Of a stretch of 64,000 nucleotides of DNA, positions 13,901 to 25,900 are shown piece by piece (the stretch's first letter is position 1; each line of letters opens with the position of its first letter). The stretch spans positions 787,169 to 851,168 of the forward strand of contig NMRA01000107.1 in assembly GCA_002633005.1 (NCBI GenBank). The letters are read 5' to 3'. The position numbers and the translations under genes were made by a program. The notes beneath the pieces were generated by a model. That model saw only the letters and a list, made by a program, of their open reading frames with translations. It was not told the origin of the DNA and did not search any database. This DNA comes from Phoronis australis. Taxonomy: Eukaryota > Animalia > Phoronida.

Positions 13901-16900
13901 TATCAGTATCACACTTGAGAAAAAGAATGTCAGTCTGTAAAGCACAATCTACATATAGGTTATTAAACTATGGGGCATTTGGCGTTTACTGGTTCTGAAT
14001 TTGGAGCCTTCTAAACATGGAATATTGGGAACGTAATCCCTGTGAACTCACGGCCAAGCACGACCTTGTATTCTAAGCAGATGTTGTACAGCGGGAAGGT
14101 GCTGAAGCTCGAGGACAAAAATGGATTAGTGTTCATTCCGAAAAGCGATCTTAAAGAGTTTAAATATGAATACAAGATTTTGCTCCGAAATCGATGGAAT
14201 TTATATGAAACCACACAACTTTGTAAGCATGTTCACTGACAGAAAATACATGTAAGAGATTGAATGAATGCCTCACGTTCATGTAGGAGACAAGATGAGA
14301 TTGTAGGTCAGTACCGATCATGGAAAGCGGTCACTCAAGTGTTTTATTTGTTGACGGCGATTGCGTCTACGGTGCACTTGATTACACAAATCTACCCACC
14401 TGTGATGTTTCTGGCTACACGGATATTGCGTTGGTTGAGAGACACATGATGGTGATTTACTCCATAAAAATAACAAACATTATAATTTAGGGTATACAGC
14501 TTTTAAGATCGAGGCTGAAATCTTACCAGATTTTGTGGTTTGTGGGGAAATTGACGTCGTGTTCGATGTGGCATTCGGGCTCGCTGAGGCTAGAAAATAC
14601 AGGGATTATCACAAATTTCATCCAGGGACAGAAGGTTCAAGGCTTACCAGTTCCCGTTTGTCGAACGGCTTGGTGGAATACATATCATATTTTGAAAAAT
14701 TTGCAAACGTTACAATTCACAAAATAATGATGAAGTCACCATTTATACAGCAAGTGGCTTTGCACGACTGGCAAAACCAGCAGGAAGCATTATCGCTATT
14801 GCACAAACAATTGAAAGAGGACGCCAGCTGTCGACAGGTGTACAGCCTGCCCAGGTACTTGATATTTATATTATATTTGCGAAAAAGGATGTCAGTTTGT
14901 AAAGTACAATCTACATAATCCTATGGGACATGTGCAATTTTCTTGTTCTGGATTTGGAGCCTTCAAGCCTTCAAATGTTAGGAACGTATTCTCTGCGAAC
15001 TCACAGCCGAGCACGGCCTTCTACTTGATGCACATGCTGTATAGACGTCACGGTGCTGAAGTTCGAAGGCAAAATTAAACTAATGCTTATTCAGATAAGA
15101 GGTCACAAGGACTTTAAATACGAATACCACTTTTTGCTCCGATATCGATGGAATTGATATAAAACCACACAACTTCGTAAACACGCTCACTGGTCGAACA
15201 TACATGTAGGCGATTGTTTGAATGCTTCACGTTCATGTAGATAACAAGAAGAGATTGCAGGTTAAGTGCCGAATATGAGAAGTGGTCTCTCAAGTGTTAA
15301 GATTGTTGTTGGCGATTGTGTCTACGGTGCACGCAATCACACTAATCTACCCTACCTGTGATGTTTCTTGCAACCCACATATTGCGTTGGTTTGGATACA
15401 CATGATGGTGATTCATAGCATAAAATTAACAAATTTTAGCGTATGCAGGTTTTTAATCGAGGTTGAAAACTTACCAGATTTCGTGATTTGTGGGGAAATT
15501 GTAGACATCGAAAGCAGGGCAATGTCCGTTGGAGTAACCCTGGTATAGGGGTTCATAGAGGTTTGGAAATACAGGCATTTTCGCAAATTTTATTCAGGGA
15601 CATGTACAGTAGTTCAAGACTTATCAGTTTCTGTTTGTCGAAATGCCCAGAAGAACGCATATCATATTTTGAAAAAATTGCAAAGATTGCAGTTTACAAA
15701 ATAATAATGAAGTCACTACTTAGACAGCAAGTGAAGTCCTACAGGCGGTGCGCGTAAGGAATAACAGCAACATAGCTACAGAGATTTTCAGGAGCTACAC
15801 GTTTCAGAACTACAGTTGTATGCTGAAACTAACCACGAATCACAATAGGAAGATGCAAGGAAGTTATAATTACAGGAACCTTTTTCCTTTGCCCAGTTAC
15901 CTGTTTCATAAAACATTAATGAAAATAGTTAGCAACGAAAGCAAAATTGAAAAAGTATTACGAATGTGTCAAAGCAACAGCCGTTGAAAAAAGACGGCAC
16001 AGGCATTTCTCAACCGGTCGAACTATCAGAATATGAAGGTTTCAAAATCTATACCTGGAGGATAAAACAGTTCAAGAACACGACAGGAATGTAGTCATTA
16101 AATACAAGGTCATAGTTTTTGGTGTTAGAAGGATTTATCCCCTTTGTAGAATTGTCAGAATTGTAAATCCGACGTCCGGGACAAAAATGAACAATCGCTA
16201 ATAGAGATTCATTAAATAAGCAAGGTACATGTACAAATTGTGAGTGGAACCAACCACAGGTGTCGGTTGAGAACCAGGTGCGACGAAGATATACATGTAT
16301 GTGAGGTTTGTCTGGGATAGATCATTTGTCGCTTAAAGCATTGAGGTAGACACCGAAACATTACTGTACTCTTACTGTTTAGCTACCATAAGCAGTGTCT
16401 TGTCAAGATGGCAAATAGCGAATATTTACTCGATATCGTGGCTTTGCACGACTGGCAACACCAGCGGGAAACATCACCTCTATTGCACAAAAAATTGAAA
16501 GAGGACGGGTGTACAACCTCTCCTGGTGCTCTAGATGTTGATACATGTTGATGCAAACATCTGAAGAGACACAGGAAACTTTAAAAGATTAAGAAGCTCC
16601 GGGTAACAAAAATACCTGGCAGCAAGGGCAAAAATGTGCCTGTATTATTTAGTAAAATCAAAGAATAATCTACATGTAAATATCAGTATCATATCTGAGA
16701 AAAAGAATGTCAGTCTGTAAAGCACAATCTACATATAGGCTATAAACCCATGGGGCATTTGCCGTTTACTGGTTCTGAATTTGGAGCCTTCAAACCATTG
16801 AATTTTGGGAACGTAGTCCCTTTGAACTCACGGCCAACCTCGACCTTGTGTTCGAAGCAGATGTTGTACAGCCGGAATGTGCTGACGTTCGAGGGCAAAA

Positions 16901-19900
16901 ATGGATTAATGTTCATTCCGAAAAGTGATCCTAAAGACTTTAAATACGAATACAAGATTTTGCTCCGAATTCGATGGAATTTATATGAAACCCCACAACT
17001 TCGTAAGCATGTTCACTGAAAGAAAATACATGTTAGAGATTGAATGGATGCCTCACGTTCATGTAGGGGACAAGATGAGATTGTAGGTCAGTACCGACTA
17101 CGGAAAGCGGTCACTTAAGTGTTATATATGCTGACGGCGATTGCGTCTACGGTGCACGTGATCACACAAATCTACCTACATGAGATGTTTCTGTTTACAC
17201 AGATATTGCGTTGGTTGAGATACACATGATGGTGATTTACAACATAGAAATAACAAATAGTATATTTTAGGGTATACAGCTTTTAAATCGAGGTTGAAAA
17301 CTTACCAGATTTCGTGGTTGGTGGGGAAATTGACGGCGTGTTCGATGTGGCAATCGGGCTCGCTGAGGCTGGAAAATACAGGTATTATCACAAATTTCAT
17401 TCAGGGACAGACTGTTCAAGGTTTACTAGTTTCCGATTGCCGAAAGGCTCGGAGTAACACATATCGTATTTTGAAAAGTTTGCAAAGGTTACAGTTTACA
17501 AAATAATGATGAAGTCATTACTTAGACAGCAAGTGACTTTGCACGACTGGCAACACCAGCGGTAAACAGCATCCCTCTTGCACAAACAATTGAAAGAGGA
17601 CGCCAGCTGTCGACAGGTGTACAGCTTACGCAGTTACTTGATGTGTTAAATATATTTGAGAAAAAGGATGTCAGTTTGTAGAGCACAATCTACATAATCA
17701 TATGTGCAAGTTGCTTGTTCTGAATTTGGAGACTTCTAACCCTCAAATCGTGGGAACGTAGTGTCTGCGAGCTCAGAGCCGAGCACGACCCTCTATTTGA
17801 TGCACATGTTGTGCAGCCGGTAAGGTGCTGAATGTCGAATTAAGAAATAAAGTAATGTTTATTCGTACAAGAGGCCATTAGCACTTTAATTACGAACACA
17901 ACTTTTTACTCCGAAATCGATGGAATGTATATGAAACCATACAACTTCGTAAATATGCTCACTGGTTGAACATACATGCAGGCGATTGATTGGGTGCTTA
18001 ACGGTCATGTAGATAACAAGAAGAGATTGTAGGTCATTGCCGAATATGGGAAGCGGTCTCTCGAGCGTCATATTTGTTGATGGCAATGGTGTCTACGTAA
18101 CACGTCATCAAATACAGGGTCATAGTTAATGGTGTTAGAAGGATTGATTCCTTTTTTAGAAGTGTCGAAATTGTCAATCTGACGTTGGTGACAAAAATGA
18201 ACAATCGCTACTAGCGATTAATTAAATAAGCAAGGTACATATTCGAAGTGAAACCAATCAGAGGTGTCTGATGAGAATCAGGAACGACGAAGATACATGT
18301 GAGATTTGTCGGGGATAGATCATTTGCAGCTTAAAACATTGAGGTAGACATCGAAACCGTACTCTAACTGTTTAGCTACCATAAGTACTGTCTTGATAAG
18401 ATGGCAAATAGCAAATATTTACTCGATATCGTGGCTTTGCACGACTGGCAACACCAGCGTGAAACATCATCTCTTTTGCACAAAAAGTTGAAAGAGGACG
18501 CCAACTCTTGACAGGTGTACAGCTTGTTCAAGTACTTGATGTTTTGATACATGTTAATGCAAACATCTGAAAAGACACAGGAAAATCGAATATACTTAGA
18601 GCTCCCAGTAGCAAAATTCCCTGGCAGCAAGGTCAAAATGTTTTATTATTCAATTAATTCAATCATTTATGTAAATATCAGTATAGTGTATTTGAGGAAA
18701 AGGTGGTCAGTTTGTAAAGCAGCACATTCTACACAATCCTATGGGACATGTGCAAGTTGCTTGTTCTGAATTCGGAGCCTTCGAACCATCGAATTTTGGG
18801 ATCGTATTCTCTGAGAACTCACGGCCGAGCCCGCTCTTCTATTTGATGTACATGTTGTACAGCCGTTAAGGTGCTGAATTTGAAGGCAAAAATGAACTAA
18901 TGTTTATTCGGACAACAGGTCATTAGGACTCAAAATGCGAATAAAAGTTTTTGCTCCGAAATCAATGGAATTTATGTGATACTACACAACTTCCTAAACA
19001 TGCTCACTGGTCGAGTATATGTGTACGACATTGAATGGATGGTTCACGTTCATGTACATGTAGATCAGAGAAGAGATTATAGTTTTGTACCGAATATAGG
19101 AAGCGGTCTCTCAAGTGTTATATTTGTTGATGGCGATTGTCTCTACGGTGCACGTGATCACACTAATCAAACCTAGCTGTGATGATTCTGGTTAGACAGA
19201 TAATGCGTTGGTTGGGATACAAATGATAGTGATTTAAACAGTAACAATGAACTCACAGTATATTTTAGGGTATTTAACTTTTTAAATTGAGGTTGAAAAC
19301 TTACCAGATTTCGTGGTTTGTGGGGAAATTGACGGCGTGTTCGATGTGGCAATCGGGCTCGCTGAGGCTGGAAAATACAGATATTATCACCAATTTCATT
19401 CAGGGACAGACGGTTCAAGGTTTACCAGTTTCCGATTCCGAAATGCTCGGAGAAACACATATCATATTTTGAAAAGTTTGCAAATGTAACAGTTTACAAA
19501 ATAATGATGAAGTCATTACTTACATGTATACACAAAGTGGCTTGAACGACTGGCAATACCAGCGGTAAAAAGGCACCCCTTTTGCACAAACAATTGAAAG
19601 AGGACACCAGCTGTCGACAGGTGTACAGCCTGCCCAGGCACTTGATGTCAGTTTGTAGAGCACGATCTACATAATCCTATGTGCAAGTTGCTTATTCTGA
19701 ATTTAGAGATTTCGAACCACCAAATCGTGGGAACGTAGTGTCTGTGAACTCAGAGCCGAGCACGACCCTCTATTTGATGCACATGTTGTACAACCGTTAA
19801 GGTGCTGAATTTTGAATTAAAAAAGAAACTAATGTTTATTCGTACAAAAGGTCATTAGGACTTTTAATACGAATACAACTTTATGATCCGAAATCGATGG

Positions 19901-22900
19901 AATTGATATGAAACCACACAACTTCGTAAACATGCTCACTGGTCGATCATACATGCAGGCGATTGATTGGGTGCTTAACGGTCATGTAGATAACAAGAAC
20001 AGATTGTAGGTTAGTGCCGAATATGGGAAGCGGTCTCTCGAGCGTCACATTTGCTGATGGCAATTGTGTCTACGTTGCACGTCATCAAATACAGGGTCAT
20101 AGTTCCTGGTGTTAGAAGGATTGATTCGTTTTTTAGAAGTGTCGAAATTGTCAATCTGACGTTGGTGACAAAAATGAACAATCGCTACTGGCGATTAATT
20201 AAATAAGCAAGGTACACATTCGAAGTGAAACCAATCAGAGGTGTCTGATGAGAATCAGGTGCGACGAAGATATGTGTGAGATTTGTCGGCGATAGAACAT
20301 TTGCAGCTTAAAGCATTGAGGTAGACCTCGAAACATTACTTTACTCTTACTGTTTAGCTACCATAAGTAGTGTCTTGACAAGATGGCAAATAGCGAATAT
20401 TTACTCGATATCGTGGCTTTGCAGGACTGGCAACACCAGCGGGAAACATCATCTCTTTTGCACAAAAAGTTGAAAGAGGACGCCAGCTCTTGACAGGTGT
20501 ACAACTTGTTCAGGTACTTGATGTTTTGATACATGTTAATGCAAACATCTGAAAAGACATAGGAAAATCGAATATATTTAGAGCTCCCGGTAGCAAAATT
20601 CCCTGGCAGCAAGATCAAAATGGTTTGCTTATTATTCAATGAATTCAAACATTTATCTAAATGTCAGTATAGTGTATTTGAAAAGCAGTACATTCTACAC
20701 AATCCTATGGGACATGTGGAAGTTGCTTGTTCTGAATTCGGAGCCTTCGAACCATCGAATTTTGGGATCGTATTCTCTGGAAACTCACGGCCGAGCACGC
20801 TCTTCTATTTGATGCACTTGTTGTACAGCCGTTAAGGTGCTGAAGCTCGAAGGCAAAAATGAACTAATGTTTATTCGGTAAACAGGTCATTAGGATTTGA
20901 AATGCGAATAAATGTTTTTGCTCCGAAATCAATGGAATTTATGTGAAACTACACAACTTCCTAAACATGCTCACTGGTCGAATATATGTGTACGACATTG
21001 AATGGATGATTCACGTTCATGTAAATGTATATCAGAGAAGAGATTATAGTTTTGTACCGAATATGGGAAGCGGTCTCTCAAGTGTTATATTTGCTGATGG
21101 CGATTGTGTCTACGGTGCACGTGATCACACTAATCAAACTTAGTTGTGATGATTCTGATTAGACAGATATGGCGTTGGTTGGGATACAGATGATAGTGAT
21201 TTACACAGTAATAATGAACACATAGCATATTTTATTATATTTAACTTTTTTAATCGAGGTTGAAAATTTACCAGATCCCGTAGTTCCTTGCGAAATTGAA
21301 GACGTGGAAAACTCTGTAGCATTCATTGGAGTGAACGTAGTATTCGTGCTCGTAGATGCTGAAAAATACAGGCATTTTCACGAACTTTGTTCAGCAACAG
21401 GTAATTCAACGATTACCAGGTGCATATTTTAGAAAAAGGTGTCATTTTGAAGCGCACAACCTATACAATCCCTTGGGACATTTGATCTGCTAATTTTATA
21501 ACCTTTTGGGACCTTCCACTCTAAAAGTTGACGACACGATTTTGTATTCCATCTATAGCTGGAAGGTGCTTAAGTTCGATGACGTGGATTACGTCTGATG
21601 TAGACATGATCACACAGATATATTCTTTCTGTGAAGACAAGACAGTGATTTATATCGTAAAATTATCAACAAATAGCAAAATTTAAGGTATATATAGAAT
21701 ATTAAGTTTACCAGATTCCGTGGTCTGTGCCGAAATTGAAGACGCGGGAAACACTGTAGTGATCTTTGAAGTAACCGTCGTACTCGTGCTCGTGGAAGCT
21801 GTAAAATACGGTCATTTGCACGGAGTTCGTCAAGCAATTGATTATTCAAAGATTACCAGTTTCTTTTTGTAAAAATGCCCAGGACAACAACACATGATAC
21901 GTGGACAGATATACAGAGGTGGTAGCCTACAAAAAATAATGGAAGAGGACGAGAAGTCCTCCAGGCCGTGGATGTAGAGAATGACAATACCAACGCTGCA
22001 GACGCTTACAGCAGACACACGATTTGAGAACTATATTCAGACTAACCACGAAGGACAATATGAAAATGACGCAATGTTGTAATTACAGGAACCTGCCACC
22101 TTTACACTACCTGTTTCGTAAGAGAATAATGAGGATCTTTTGCATTCAACGTACGATTAACAAGGGGTTACGAAGGCCGTCAAACAACCGGTTAAACAAG
22201 ACGCTATAGACGTTACACTACCGTCGAGCTATGAGCGAATGTCGGTTCCAAAATCGGTATCTGGAGGACAGATCAGTGCTCAATCACACACGGACCTCAA
22301 TGACAGAAATCACCAATCATAACTGCCGTTCCATCAAAAATATGCCGATCCTTTGTGGTAGATATTGAGACTAAAATCAATAAACGGGGATTGGTCTAGC
22401 ATTGTCCGAACGAAGGTGTCTTCGTGGTTTGCAGGGGCGAGTTGTTGTCACTCAGTGCAGTGTATTAATTGCAGACATAGACAAAACCAGTGTTATAATA
22501 GTACCTTGAAGAGATGGCAAGTTGTGATTGCGTGTGCAATGTCGTGGTTTTGCACAACTGGCAACCCCTGGGGCAAGATTAGATGTCTTGCACAAACAGC
22601 CAAAATATAACGCGAGCTGTGGGCAGGTGTACAACCATTAGTTTGCCTAATATGTCGATGCATGCCTTTTAAATGTTTGAAGATACACAGGAAACATGAA
22701 AACAATCAGATGGCAAGGTAAACTGATTACCGTAAAGTTTGTCTTTCTAACGATACACATTTAAAGGAAATGTGTATCTGTCTATAGAGCAAAGTTATGC
22801 AATCCTGTGCTATATTTGCAATTGATTCTTCGAATCTTGGACCTTCCAAACTCATTACCCAAGGTGCTGTCATTCTGTAAAACAATTTCTCACATGACCT

Positions 22901-25900
22901 GAAAGTTTGTGAATAGCATATTTGAACAGTTCGTGAAAAGCACACGTAATGAGGTTTTTGAAATTTGAAAATTGGACCCGAAATGCTACTTTTACAACCT
23001 AAAACGTTTGTTTAATGTTGCAATAATATGTTCCTCATTAGTTCTACTGGATGTGCAACACAATTCGGCCAATTACCAAAGCAGCAGGGTCAGTTGGAGG
23101 TAAATCAAGTGTCACTGTACAATTCTTGGCATGAGTGAGCCAATGCCCCGCTAGACTACAGGCGCTTGAGACATCACGAAATGGCAATCAGTTCAATAAG
23201 TAATACAAGAATTTATTCCTGAAATTAGGGTCGTCGAATGAAGTGCCTTCATTGATATTGATAATTTGCCGTTGAACTTAATCTCGATGTTCATCTGGAT
23301 AAAAAACTGGCATCCTAGATGAGATGTCATTGATTTAGACAATCTTTGTTTGTACATCTATAGATTCGTAGATAATGTGAAATATTAAGGATCATACATG
23401 TAGTTGAGTGCCTAATCTGATACAGAGTTACGCATGAGGCTGCAGGAGACAACACACCAACCCAGTTTGAAACAAACAACTTAAAATTTGTTCATTTGTC
23501 TCGACTACTCATGAAACGTGCATGAGTCTGATTCGGGATACCCTGCTCACACAATACACATTTGCCTTGCTAGTTTACTCCCATGTATTCATCAAAGGTA
23601 CAACTTTCAAGCTAAAAATAACTGGTGCCCGTTCCGTAGATGCAATATAATCTCGAATACGCAATGTCATGTAAATGTATTTTCAAGGTATCGCCATGCA
23701 CTACAGAAGAAGCGCAAGATCACACTTGTGAAATTCTTACAGTCTAGAGCACACAGCCAGATCACTTCCCGAAATCTCTAACTCGTTGATATTTTTATGT
23801 TTAGCTGTTCCATTCACCACATTTCAATTTGCTCGTGCGGTAAATCATTCGTGCAGAGACATGTCCACCGCTGCGGGCTGTATTTTACCGCCAACCCGTT
23901 CAACTCGTTACCGCGTAACCATTTTTAAGAAGTTTGAATAAATAGAGCATGTGTACATTAAGCCTTATATAGGGGGGGGGTCGAGTTTTTGAGCATGTGA
24001 ACCTTTTTCTGAAAAAAAACCTTGTACTAAAACAAAGGGGAGACGGTGTTCGTTCAGAGCTATGAATTGTGCATTCGAAAATTCCTGCTTTTTAGTAGAC
24101 TTTTGTCTCGTTTTCTCGGACTTTTTGCTTCTCTGAAGCGGACCTTTTTGCCCACTTTTCCAAATTGGAGGTGGGGCTCTGAGCCCCCCCCTCCGGGTGC
24201 ACGTACATGTATGAAGAGGAGTGCATTGCTTGAAAAACTTGATTTTAAGGAGCGAGTTTCTCATGAACGCAAGTTGCGGATGTTTGGGGGTCGAAAGGTG
24301 CATAATGAGTCAGAATAGAAAAACCTATATAATTGCTTTCGGTTATTCATGTTGGCTGTATGAAACTTATTGCACAAAACTTTCAGGTAATGAAACTAAA
24401 AATCAAGATTCGGAAGTTTTACCCGAGAGGTCGCTTCGTTGTTGATCGCATCACGATATTTAATAAAAACAAAACTAACAAAAACGCCTGGGTTTTTGGT
24501 GTAGAACTAATAGGTTACACTTTATATCTTACGATTCCACTGAAATTTATTTTTTTTCTGGGCTGACAATTAAGATCTAGACATAGTAAATAAATTCATT
24601 ATTTGGTAAGGAAGATTGTCTGATGCCTTAAAAGGGTATTAAGACTGTTAAAGGGCAATGCAGGCTCTTTTACAATCAACCATTGCAATCAGAATAATGG
24701 TGTGTGGACGCTTGCTAGCCTTGATTCAACTTCCACAGCAACCTGACAAATATGTTAAATTGACAAGAGCAGCTAACGATTCGCGCGAGTAAGTGGACGG
24801 TGGGGAGAACCAGGGCACCTCCAACCACCGTGTTCAGTTTGTGGTGTAGTGAGAACAACTGTCTAATGACTCTGTGTTTCCATGGAAGTACTTATTGCTC
24901 AACTGCAGTCGACAGAATACATTTGAGTAAAAAACCTCATGATGCATTATCCTCTCAAGTAAAAAGGATAACATTTTAGACAAACCATAGGTAAAATGGG
25001 GAACTGATGAGCTCAATATTTGTGCGGGCCAATGTTTCTGTGGCGGTTATAGCATTGCGCATAAAACATAGTACCCAATGACAATGCATCCATTGACCCA
25101 TATACAGTAGTGATTAAGACATAACAGTGAACAAGTTTTACGGACTGTCATGCAGTTTATACCAGAGTCCGTGGTCTTCACATCATCAGTGGAAGTGATT
25201 TTGCTAGTCGCTGAAGTTGATGCGGTGGTCGTTATTGACGAATCTGAAAAAATCAATTTTGTTATAACCCACATGGTTACAAACGCATACTTTTTCAATT
25301 GGCAAAGGACTTGGCAGATACATGCACGTACTCAAGCAAAACCAAAATCGCCACTTGGTGGCGCCACTGAAGTCTCAGTCATTGCAAAGTGATGGACTCC
25401 TAAATGGGATCACAAATATCAAAATTCGTGAAGAACCATAAAGAAAGTTGATAGATAATGAAGCTCTGACAAAAACACGCAACTGCTACCACAGGAGTCA
25501 CGTATCCGAATACCAACGTCACCAAGACCGTACAATTCTTCGCAGAACAACATCCGCTAAATTCCAAAATGAAGCTTAAGTGTTTTGGTAGAAAGAGAAG
25601 TGAAAGCCAAAAACTTGAGAAAATAACAAAAAACGGAGTGAGCATCATCAGCTCATATCGTGAAACTCGACAGAGAACTCGGGAGTTGCACAGGCAAACG
25701 TAAAAACGAAAATTGGCACTAGGGGACACGGTAGAAGTTAAACACTTGCCTGGACATGTACATGTACTCGTGCCGTTCGATTCATAAAAGAAAATTGTTA
25801 GCAAAATTTCACGAACATTTATTAGGAGGGTTCTGACGCTAGACGTCTGACAGACGGACAGACAGAAATGACGGCAAGATGCACCCATATACATGTATGT

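Larger units (their letters stand above)
11590..22900. repeat. Intragenic higher-order tandem array (~2.0 kb units built from two ~1 kb subunits)
   Basis: Homologous exon ends are spaced 1988, 2792, 1993 and 1982 bp apart; the same intron block recurs twice per unit. Confidence 0.95.

Noticed and set aside
16910-17016. Intronic minus-strand segment EHAYEVVGFHINSIEFGAKSCI after a ttctttcag acceptor-like site
   Set aside because: Phase incompatible with the phase-1 array, weak donor, and acceptor not conserved in sister blocks
11590-22900. CRISPR-like array or cluster of separate small toxin genes
   Set aside because: Eukaryotic exon-intron repeats; modules lack their own start codons and signal peptides and splice in frame to the protease
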